Part shown: piece by piece, positions 1-7,176 of the stretch
How the letters are laid out: each line of letters opens with the position of its first letter
Numbering within the stretch: position 1 is the first letter of the stretch
Assembly: GCA_016839945.1 (NCBI GenBank)
Contig: JAEOTE010000029.1
Span: 1-12,252 of the forward strand
Direction of reading: 5' to 3'
Length of the DNA: 12,252 nucleotides
From: Candidatus Heimdallarchaeota archaeon
GTDB lineage: Archaea; Asgardarchaeota; Heimdallarchaeia; Heimdallarchaeales; Heimdallarchaeaceae
The notes under the pieces: generated by a model
What the model was told of the DNA's origin: nothing
What the model saw: the letters and a program-made list of their open reading frames with translations, nothing else
Databases searched by the model: none
Made by a program: the position numbers and the translations under genes

Positions 1-444
1 AATAATCAAAATCAACCTATTGGGATTTTGACAACAACTGATTTACTTGAATCAGTAAGCAAACCTCCACAAACTGAAGGCTACTATGTTCGTGTCATTG
101 GAGATGTCGAAGAAGAAGATATGGATCAAGTTATTGAAATGGGTGTAGAACTAGTAAAGAAATTCGCTAGTATCATTGGCACTTCAGGTCAGTTATTTAT
201 CCATGCAAAAGCAGTTCCCAAACAGAGACTTAAAGGTTCGGTTTTATATCAAATAAGACTACGAATTTCTACAGATAAAGGAAAGACATATGTTGCAAAA
301 TCAGATGGTTATGGTATATTCGGCGCATATGCAGTTGCAATAGATAGACTTGAAAGAGAGATTATTTCAGAAAGAGAATTAGAATTACAACAAAGACAAA
401 CAGGTAGCGAAAGGTATCTGTTAGAAGAACTAGAAGAACTGTGA
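1..444 (+). CDS. CBS-domain protein with C-terminal HPF/RaiA-like domain (5'-truncated); candidate ribosome hibernation factor
   Basis: The frame is open from base 1 (NNQNQPIGILTTTDLL), which matches the CBS end motif G(I/L)xTxxD(L/I), so TTG at 28 is probably internal. The C-terminal part (YQIRLRISTDKGKTYVAKSDGYGIFGAYAVAIDRLEREI) resembles the HPF/RaiA final strands plus the 'A(I)DxLExQ(I/L)' helix. Confidence 0.7.
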   Translation, partial: NNQNQPIGILTTTDLLESVSKPPQTEGYYVRVIGDVEEEDMDQVIEMGVELVKKFASIIGTSGQLFIHAKAVPKQRLKGSVLYQIRLRISTDKGKTYVAKSDGYGIFGAYAVAIDRLEREIISERELELQQRQTGSERYLLEELEEL

Positions 445-470
445 TTCTCTCTTTTTCCTTTTATTTTTCT
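445..470 (+). terminator. Archaeal-type U-rich terminator
   Basis: Pyrimidine tract with several T runs (ttctctctttttccttttatttttt) immediately after the TGA at 442-444. Confidence 0.55.
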
Positions 471-487
471 AGAATCATGCATATCTC

Positions 488-502
488 GTATAATTTAAAA
501 AC
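488..502 (+). promoter_or_regulatory. Putative TATA box for the FrhB-family/cofE unit
   Basis: tttaaaaa at 494-501, about 47 nt upstream of ATG 548. The AT-rich background lowers specificity. Confidence 0.3.
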
Positions 503-547
503 ACTATCTCAATATTCATTTTAATCTAATCTTCGGTAAGAATTAAA

Positions 548-1603
548 ATGAGTGAACAAATAGAAAAGAAAAGAAAGGCAAATTTTGCACTTCTCAATCG
601 TGAAGTTATTAAACCAGGTTATTGCGTATCTTGTGGTGGTTGTGAAGCTGTTTGTCCAATTTTTGTTATTTCGATGGAACAACTTAAACCAAAACTAGTA
701 GGTGGATGCATTTCTTGTGGTGCTTGTGTAGATGTGTGTTTGAGATACAAGCAAAGGATTGAACAACCTGAACATCAAGAAGAGAGTATTGGCGAAATTT
801 TGGAGATTTATATTGGAAGATCAAAAATTGATGAAATAAGTTCCAAATCTCAAAACGGTGGTATTGTTACAACCTTACTCACTAACGCAATGAAAAAAGG
901 AAAAATTGATAGTGCAATTGTTACATCGCATGTCAATGATTTGCTAAACCCAGTTCCAACTTTAGCGTTATCTGAATTTGAAATACTTAAAGCTGCAAGA
1001 TCAAAATATACCCTAAATCCTCTATTAACCAAACTAACTGCAATAAAACTGAGTCATAAGAAAAAAGTAGCAGTTGTGGGATTACCTTGTCATACTGAAA
1101 CACTAAACAACGCAATTCAAATGAAAAATTTAGGGGCTGATTTTAGAGTGAAATACAAAATAGGGCTATTCTGTATGAGTAGTTATAGTCCTGTTAGTTT
1201 TCGCGATATCATTTCAAGCAATCTAGGACTTTCTGCTGAAACATTAACTAAAACTGACTGTGCTAGAGGTAAATTCTTCTTTGTTTATCCCGATGGTGTC
1301 ACAGATATCAAAATTAAGGAATGTAAAGAAGCCAAAGCTCTAGGATGTGCTTTCTGCAAAGACTTCTCAGCTGAATTTGCTGATATTTCAATAGGAAATA
1401 TAGGTGTTGATGATGACAGCAACATCATTATAATTAGAACAGAAGCTGGAAAAGAATTGTTTGAAGTAGCACTTAAGGAAAATTTACTTGATGTTGAAAA
1501 AATAGATGAAAGCAATTGGGCTGAAAAACTAGCTCCAGCAATAAAACTCTCCTCTAGCAAGAAAAGAGGAGCAAAACCTTTACTTCCAATTGAATCTCAA
1601 TAA
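548..1603 (+). CDS. Coenzyme F420 hydrogenase/dehydrogenase beta-subunit family protein (FrhB/FdhB/FpoF-like) with N-terminal 2x[4Fe-4S] ferredoxin domain
   Basis: Ferredoxin motifs CVSCGGCEAVCP and CISCGACVDVCL; FrhB-family motifs SQNGGIVT, ARSKY, VVGLPC, IGLFC and GCAFCKDFSAEFADISIG. Confidence 0.9.
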   Translation: MSEQIEKKRKANFALLNREVIKPGYCVSCGGCEAVCPIFVISMEQLKPKLVGGCISCGACVDVCLRYKQRIEQPEHQEESIGEILEIYIGRSKIDEISSKSQNGGIVTTLLTNAMKKGKIDSAIVTSHVNDLLNPVPTLALSEFEILKAARSKYTLNPLLTKLTAIKLSHKKKVAVVGLPCHTETLNNAIQMKNLGADFRVKYKIGLFCMSSYSPVSFRDIISSNLGLSAETLTKTDCARGKFFFVYPDGVTDIKIKECKEAKALGCAFCKDFSAEFADISIGNIGVDDDSNIIIIRTEAGKELFEVALKENLLDVEKIDESNWAEKLAPAIKLSSSKKRGAKPLLPIESQ

Positions 1604-1616
1604 AAGTAATTTAGAG

Positions 1617-2375
1617 GTGAGATTTATCTCCAAAGTAGAGCTTATTCCTCTGGTTTTACCCATAGTGAAGAGGAATGATGATATAGCTCAACAGATTGTA
1701 GATTCAGTAAAAAAATCTGATATTCTAATAGACGATGGAGATATCTTCGTTATTGCACATACAATACTTTCTAGATCTGAAGGGAAGGAGTATTACTTAC
1801 CCTCTCTCTCACCTTCACCTATAGCAGAATTTATAGCTAGAAAAACAGGTAAAGATCCTTCACTTGTTGAATTAGTTTTGCAGGAAGCTTCTCAAATTCT
1901 TAAGGTTGAGAATAATATCATAATTACAAAAACTGTTCATGGGTGGATATGTGCCAACTCTGCTGTAGACCAATCCAACTCACAACCAAATTGTGCTGTT
2001 ACTCTCCCTGAAGATTCAAACAAAATTGCATCAAAGATAGGTAAAAAACTTACGAAAACATTTCGAAAAAACCTATCTGTTCTTATATCAGATACTCATG
2101 GCAGAGCTCTTCGAAGAGGAGCTATAAATATTGCAATAGGGTCTTTCAATTTCTCAGTCATAGATGATGCAATAGGGAGAGAAGATATTTTTGGATACAG
2201 ACTAAAATCCACAATTATAGCTTTAGCAGATGAAGTTTGTTCTGCTGCAGAGCTTGTTATGGGGCAAGCTGATGAAATGACACCAGTAGTCTTAGTAAAA
2301 GGTTTCAAACAACGTTCACAGGTTTCAAAAATAGAAGAACTTCAATTTGATGATGAGCGAAGGTTGTTCAAATAA
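1617..2375 (+). CDS. cofE: Coenzyme F420-0:L-glutamate ligase
   Basis: CofE motifs DGDIFVIAHTILSRSEG, GWICANSAVDQSN, LPEDS, VLISDTHGRALRRG, GREDIFGYRL, ADEVCSAAELVMGQADEMTPVVLVKG. The start is uncertain (TTG 1590, GTG 1617 or ATC 1626). Confidence 0.93.
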   Translation: MRFISKVELIPLVLPIVKRNDDIAQQIVDSVKKSDILIDDGDIFVIAHTILSRSEGKEYYLPSLSPSPIAEFIARKTGKDPSLVELVLQEASQILKVENNIIITKTVHGWICANSAVDQSNSQPNCAVTLPEDSNKIASKIGKKLTKTFRKNLSVLISDTHGRALRRGAINIAIGSFNFSVIDDAIGREDIFGYRLKSTIIALADEVCSAAELVMGQADEMTPVVLVKGFKQRSQVSKIEELQFDDERRLFK

Positions 2376-2384
2376 GAAACTAAC

Positions 2385-2422
2385 AACAAATTTATTATGA
2401 ACCCTAAATCAATATGTTTAGG
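2385..2422 (+). promoter_or_regulatory. Putative TATA box followed by a short inverted repeat
   Basis: A-rich run, then tttattat (2391-2398), then cctaaa-N8-tttagg (2403-2422), upstream of the repeat-protein gene. Confidence 0.3.
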
Positions 2423-2475
2423 TATACCATTTCAGAAGAATAACTAAACTCGAAGTAACAAGTAAGGTGTGTTTC

Positions 2476-3198
2476 TTGTCTAAAAGAATAAAAAAATCAG
2501 TTGCAGAGAAAGCAAATGAGCAATTAGGGAAGGCAAAAATTGCTGCTCAAAAACAGAACTTCCAAGAAGCTGCTGATTTTACACAAAAAGCTATTGATAT
2601 CTTCGAAAAAGAGAAAAACAGAAAACAAATAGATATGGCTAAAGCATTATATTATGAATATCTAGGATTCGATTGTATTAAATATGACAAAGCACTTGAA
2701 GCAGCTAATTATTTAGGAAGATCTGGAGGTTTTTATCACCGTTTAGGTATGATTACAGAATATCAGAGAGTGTTTGATAAACAAGCGAAGATTTTGAGGG
2801 TTGTTGCTAGAAAATTAATGAAAGAGAAAAAATTTGTAGAAGCAGGTTCATATTTTGAGCGTGCAGCTATGGCATATCAAAGATTGAATAATAAAGCAGA
2901 TGAGCTGGACTGCAAAGCCAAATCATATATCTCAAGAGCAGCTGCGGAAAAGAAAATTTCTGGAAGAAAATTGTTTTTGAAAAAAGCTGTTGACTTAATG
3001 GAAGAGAAAGGATCTGATGAACCCGTAATTAAAGCTCATTTAGCATATTACAACGCACTTTTTGTTGAAGACGAAAAACCTGAAATGGCATTAAAATATT
3101 ATACTGATGCTTTACAAAATTATCAATTAGCAGGATCAAAAAGTAGAGTTGAAGAAATAAAAGAAAAAGTAAAGAAACTGACTGAAATTCAAGGATGA
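2476..3198 (+). CDS. TPR-like helical repeat protein with alpha-SNAP-like repeats
   Basis: At least four repeats of the form (F/L)xEAAx(Y/F)xxAxx(Y/F)xxL: NFQEAADFTQKAIDIF, KALEAANYLGRSGGFYHRLG, KFVEAGSYFERAAMAYQRLN, PEMALKYYTDALQNYQLAG. The likely start is TTG 2476, 6 nt after AGGTG (2465-2469); the ORF-track GTG at 2467 lies inside the SD. Confidence 0.7.
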   Translation: MSKRIKKSVAEKANEQLGKAKIAAQKQNFQEAADFTQKAIDIFEKEKNRKQIDMAKALYYEYLGFDCIKYDKALEAANYLGRSGGFYHRLGMITEYQRVFDKQAKILRVVARKLMKEKKFVEAGSYFERAAMAYQRLNNKADELDCKAKSYISRAAAEKKISGRKLFLKKAVDLMEEKGSDEPVIKAHLAYYNALFVEDEKPEMALKYYTDALQNYQLAGSKSRVEEIKEKVKKLTEIQG

Positions 3199-3298
3199 AT
3201 TATTTAGTCAAACATTTCCATTTAATCCTTAAGATATTAAAATAAAATTTAAAAGAATTGAAACTATAGAGTAGTTAAAGGTATTCGGAGGATAAAAA

Positions 3299-3550
3299 TT
3301 GGTAAGCATATTACAAGCATTGAAGGTCTCTGCTCTATTCATATTTATTGGTTTAATACCTTTAATTGTTGCTTTGATTTCCTTTGGTGCATTACTTAAT
3401 AATGGAATTGCGGAATTAGGATTTATCGCCCTTGACGCGTCTGCCATATCTTATGTATGGTTTATTGGATTAGTTGTTGGTTTGTTGATTTTCTTCATCG
3501 GATTGTTTAAAGCTATTGGAGATATTACTGAAGCTGCATTAATAGAATAA
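3299..3550 (+). CDS. Small two-TM membrane protein of unknown function
   Basis: 83 aa with two long hydrophobic segments; SD GGAGG (3287-3291) before TTG; TATA-like tttaaaag at 3248-3255; T-rich tract after the stop. Confidence 0.75.
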   Translation: MVSILQALKVSALFIFIGLIPLIVALISFGALLNNGIAELGFIALDASAISYVWFIGLVVGLLIFFIGLFKAIGDITEAALIE

Positions 3551-3575
3551 ACAAGTGTTGGAATTCAAGAATCCA

Positions 3576-3590
3576 TCTTTCTCTTTTTTA
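3576..3590 (+). terminator. U-rich terminator candidate
   Basis: tctttctctttttt tract about 25 nt downstream of the TAA at 3548-3550. Confidence 0.4.
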
Positions 3591-3643
3591 AATCAAAGTA
3601 GGTTCACAATTAAATCTAAAAAAGCCAAATGTTTTAAGTGCTT

Positions 3644-3708
3644 TATACTTTATTCTCAATAAATGTTCGAGACATTATTATTTATATTAAAGTATAGTAT
3701 AACTAGTT
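3644..3708 (+). promoter_or_regulatory. Putative operon promoter (TATA-like tttatatt) inside a nested inverted repeat
   Basis: tttatatt at 3681-3688, about 38 nt before ATG 3726; inverted arms tatacttta (3644-3652) and taaagtata (3688-3696). Confidence 0.35.
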
Positions 3709-3725
3709 CTAAAGAGTAGATAAAT

Positions 3726-5408
3726 ATGTTCAATTTATCACATAAAAGCTCTGATGAGGAAACTCCTCCTTTATTAATTTCTAATAATCTACTTTATAGG
3801 AGAATCTTCAGCTTACCTTCACTTTTGAAATTCATAATACTCGGAGTTTTTATTGTTGCGTTTTATTTCATACCAATTTTGTTTGAATATTATGAAAACT
3901 CAACCTACAGTAACATAATCACAATATTGATTATGGTTATTTCCTTCTTTTTTTGGGTTTCTTCATTTTATCTTGTTTTCTCAATAACAGCTACTGAAAT
4001 TGAGAAATCACTACTAAGAAAACTTTTCTCGCTTTTACTTATTATGGGGATATTAACAGCTTACTTCGCAGTATTAATTGAGAATAAATCATTTTCTTTG
4101 ATTAGTGTTTTTTTTACTTTGTTTAGAGAGTTTGGTTTAATCCCCACAGTAGGTGAGTTTGTTTTTGATATTCTATATGTATTTGTAATTCCTGTTATTG
4201 AGGAGCTTGTAAAAATATTCCCTATTATGATTCTACTAGGTAACTATGCTCAGTTAACAATAAAACAGAAAAAAATTCATACAAGACTTACTCCCTCTTT
4301 CAGAATAATATTAATATTCGGTGCATTTTTTGGGGCATGGTTTGACCTTTTTGAACAATTTTTATCATTTTCCGCTAATCCAACGGGACAAGATGTTTCT
4401 GGATTAATTTTGGGAAGAAGTATTTACCCTCTTCATATAGTGACAACTATAATTGCATCATTTGGACTTGCTTGGTTTTTTAAGTCTAGAAAGAAATACA
4501 GTGTGATAATAAGATCTATAATATTCGGAATTTTCTTCCTTTTTGCAGTATGCTTTCATGGTTTATGGAATTACTATTCTGTTGCATTTGCTTCTAGTAG
4601 TGCAAGTACTCTAATTTTGAGCATTTTACGTTATACGTCTTATGCTTTGTTCCTTGTTTTCTTAATATGGATTTTGTTACACATACCATCTTATTGTCAA
4701 ACCTGCTACACAGAACATTCTTCTGAAGAATGTGTTGAAAAAATGAAAAGCAAGAGTAATCTAACTGATACTCTTCAGAAAAAAAGAAACATTCGTCTTT
4801 TGTATAGTAAATCATCACATTATATTTTATGTCCTGAATGTCGAAACTATACGTATAATGGGGAATTTTGTCTAAATTGTTGGTCATACCCTAAAATTCA
4901 ATGTTCAAATTGTAACCAAATTCTCCCTGCATTTACACGAATATGTTGGTCCTGTGGGATTGAAGTACCAACACTTTATGATAAAATGACTTCCTCTTCT
5001 CCTCCTTTTTATGTGAGTGCTGCAGTGGGATTTACACGCATAATAGGAGCTGGGATGTTAATCAGTTTTATTTTCGCATTCTTATCTGTTAGCAACGATA
5101 TAAACTCTTTAGGACAAACAATATTTCTCCTTGCAGTCATATTTTCAATATTCACAGCTATAGTGTGGTATGCATTTGAAGGAAATAAAGTAAAATCAAT
5201 GATTAGTTCAATGAGCATTATATCAGTAATCGCAATTTCGATAATAATAACATCATTGTACGTTTCAATATTTGCAGTGTTAATGATTATATCAATAGTC
5301 CAGATTGTTTTTGGTTTAATAGGATTAAGTTGTGTGTTACTAATCTCCATTATTTCGTTTTATTTTATTAAGAAAACTCTCAAGGGGGCAAGGTTGATTA
5401 TTACATAG
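3726..5408 (+). CDS. PrsW-family (M82-like) glutamic intramembrane protease fused to a zinc-ribbon region and about four further TM helices
   Basis: Four PrsW motifs in order: PVIEELVK (EExxK, 4191-4214), GAWFDLFE (FxxxE), RSIYPLH, FHGLWN (HxxxN, 4557-4571). These are followed by CQTC..H..C, CPEC/CLNC and CSNC/CWSC (4695-4955), then a hydrophobic C-terminus. Confidence 0.82.
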   Translation: MFNLSHKSSDEETPPLLISNNLLYRRIFSLPSLLKFIILGVFIVAFYFIPILFEYYENSTYSNIITILIMVISFFFWVSSFYLVFSITATEIEKSLLRKLFSLLLIMGILTAYFAVLIENKSFSLISVFFTLFREFGLIPTVGEFVFDILYVFVIPVIEELVKIFPIMILLGNYAQLTIKQKKIHTRLTPSFRIILIFGAFFGAWFDLFEQFLSFSANPTGQDVSGLILGRSIYPLHIVTTIIASFGLAWFFKSRKKYSVIIRSIIFGIFFLFAVCFHGLWNYYSVAFASSSASTLILSILRYTSYALFLVFLIWILLHIPSYCQTCYTEHSSEECVEKMKSKSNLTDTLQKKRNIRLLYSKSSHYILCPECRNYTYNGEFCLNCWSYPKIQCSNCNQILPAFTRICWSCGIEVPTLYDKMTSSSPPFYVSAAVGFTRIIGAGMLISFIFAFLSVSNDINSLGQTIFLLAVIFSIFTAIVWYAFEGNKVKSMISSMSIISVIAISIIITSLYVSIFAVLMIISIVQIVFGLIGLSCVLLISIISFYFIKKTLKGARLIIT

Positions 5409-5417
5409 GTGTTAATT

Positions 5418-6419
5418 ATGATAGAAAGAGATCGATATGTTCCCCCTGATGAAACAAAATCTCAAACCAAAAAAGAACCCCCATTCAAAATAGATTTTAG
5501 ATTTCTCCTTTTCAAACTTTTCTTCCCTCATCTACAAAAAAGAGGAAAAAGAGAATATATTACAGCTCTAATTCTTAGAAGTTCTGTATATCTTGCGATT
5601 AGTTTTGGTTTGTCAATATTATTTGGAACATTAATGTTTTTCATGGATGACTTATTTATGATTTCTACGCTTACTTGGTCTCCAGATCAGATATTAGTTC
5701 TGCCTTTTGTTTTCATTTTCCTTGTAGAATTTTTAACAGCTGAAACTCTAGTTACTATATTTATATTGACCATAGTTCTGCCTTTTTTCATAGCTGGAAT
5801 AACAACATCCTATATTTGGAAAAATGAAGCTCGGGATTTGGTTTTAATATCCTCTGTTATAACTTTTGCACTCTTTATTCTTTTACATTTATCTCAAGAA
5901 TTGCTTTTTACCTCATTTGGTAATGTAAGAGCAGCAATTCTTTCGAATTTTATCTATTATGGGTATGTAATGATTTTTGCTTTTTCATTTCTGATTTTTA
6001 GTGCTTTGGGAGGATATGTAGGTGTTCAAACTGGAAAATTAATTATAAAAATAAGAGCAGTAAAGAAAGGTGCAAAAGTCTCTTTTTCCCCATTAATTTT
6101 ACCAGAAATGCCTTTATCTGTTAAAACAATATTTGATCTGGAATTACCTTCTTTAGAGGAAGAAGAGCAATTTAGCAAACTTTCCTTAGTCTATTTGAAT
6201 CAGAAAGTGGAAAGAGTATTAAGAACCTCTCGTTCAAAAACGTGTACTTATTTTGAGGGTGGAGAATGTGCATATCTTGGATATGTGACTGCAAGCCATA
6301 AATATCAAATATGCGTGAGAGAGTTTTGGCCTGTTTGCAAGGTTTATGCATTTCTAAAACAAAGTTCTAAAATCATGGAAGAAGTTAATAGAGAGGAGAA
6401 AAATGTCAGGAAAAGTTAA
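5418..6419 (+). CDS. Multi-pass membrane protein with C-terminal four-Cys domain, unknown function
   Basis: About 4-5 hydrophobic segments, then a soluble tail with C-x7-C-x14-C-x7-C. ATG 5418 lies 6 nt after AGGTG (5407-5411), which overlaps the upstream TAG; the ORF track starts at GTG 5409. Confidence 0.75.
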   Translation: MIERDRYVPPDETKSQTKKEPPFKIDFRFLLFKLFFPHLQKRGKREYITALILRSSVYLAISFGLSILFGTLMFFMDDLFMISTLTWSPDQILVLPFVFIFLVEFLTAETLVTIFILTIVLPFFIAGITTSYIWKNEARDLVLISSVITFALFILLHLSQELLFTSFGNVRAAILSNFIYYGYVMIFAFSFLIFSALGGYVGVQTGKLIIKIRAVKKGAKVSFSPLILPEMPLSVKTIFDLELPSLEEEEQFSKLSLVYLNQKVERVLRTSRSKTCTYFEGGECAYLGYVTASHKYQICVREFWPVCKVYAFLKQSSKIMEEVNREEKNVRKS

Positions 6420-7176
6420 GAAATTTTTCAACTTGAAAATTATCATCATCATTGTATGTATTATTGCATTTATTTTAGCTAATAGTGCACAACAAAGATA
6501 CATCGGTCTTGATGATGTACCTATTAGTACTCTAATAACTACAAGTACTATCCCTCCTGAAACTACTCCTACTGAACCTCCAACACCAACTCAAACAGGT
6601 CCAACTTTTCCAACAGATACACCCTCACAACCTAATGGGGGGATTGATACTGGCAGAGAACCTTTTATTCCTACACAAATAATTCCTATTGTAATTTCGG
6701 TTTTGTTCTTGATTTTAATTGGTTTACTCATATGGAGAAGGAAAAAGGAAATGCAAACTGTTCAAAAACAAACAGAGTATACAAGTGGTGTTGCACGTTC
6801 AAGGAGAGAAAAACTAGTAACAAAAATAAGAACACTTGTTGAAATCCTAAATGATTATCTAAAACAAGGAAAGTTTACAGAGGGAATAGTGTTTGGTTTC
6901 CATCAATTAGATGGTAATATGAAAAGAATACTGGGTGTCAGTAGAGATTCTCATCTTACTCCAAAAGAATTTTCAAACTCACTACAACTCCCAGAAATTA
7001 TCCCCCATCTTGACTGGATTGTCAAAGCCTTTTACCTTGCAAGGTACAAGCTTTCAGAGATGGAGTACCAAGATTTGGAAACTTTTATTCAAAAGCTACA
7101 GAAAATTAAGGGTTTGAGTGTTTCAGAATCAGATATTGAGATATTGGAGAGAAAACAATTAAGTGATAAAAAATGA
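6403..7176 (+). CDS. DUF4129-like membrane protein with Pro/Thr-rich extracellular linker
   Basis: N-terminal TM/signal, P/T-rich segment, second TM ending WRRKK, and a C-terminal domain with HLTPKEF and FYLARY (the TxxE and Y/FxxARY pattern of DUF4129). Its MoxR-operon position is typical for the family. Confidence 0.7.
   Translation: MSGKVKKFFNLKIIIIIVCIIAFILANSAQQRYIGLDDVPISTLITTSTIPPETTPTEPPTPTQTGPTFPTDTPSQPNGGIDTGREPFIPTQIIPIVISVLFLILIGLLIWRRKKEMQTVQKQTEYTSGVARSRREKLVTKIRTLVEILNDYLKQGKFTEGIVFGFHQLDGNMKRILGVSRDSHLTPKEFSNSLQLPEIIPHLDWIVKAFYLARYKLSEMEYQDLETFIQKLQKIKGLSVSESDIEILERKQLSDKK
6532..6633 (+). repeat. Low-complexity Pro/Thr coding tract
   Basis: Encodes LITTSTIPPETTPTEPPTPTQTGPTFPTDTPSQP; degenerate at the DNA level. 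Confidence 0.6.

Noticed and set aside
548-1603. Calling the gene frhB of an F420-reducing hydrogenase, or evidence of methanogenesis
   Set aside because: No frhA/frhG nearby, and it has an extra ferredoxin domain; F420 genes also occur in non-methanogens.
850-2308. Minus-strand ORFs 850-1032, 1285-1560 and 2096-2308
   Set aside because: Antisense shadows inside well-supported FrhB-family and cofE genes, with no recognisable motifs.
3262-3276. aacta-N5-tagtt dyad and an agagtag word shared with 3713-3719
   Set aside because: Too short to distinguish from chance in AT-rich DNA.
3229-3447. 72-aa minus-strand ORF
   Set aside because: Overlaps the plus-strand 83-aa gene, which has an SD, TM pattern and terminator.
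4594-5350. Minus-strand ORFs 4594-4887 and 5009-5350
   Set aside because: Antisense to the PrsW gene; the composition mirrors the hydrophobic sense codons.
6935-7117. 60-aa alternative-frame plus-strand ORF
   Set aside because: Nested in the DUF4129-like gene; the main frame is intact, so no frameshift is implied.
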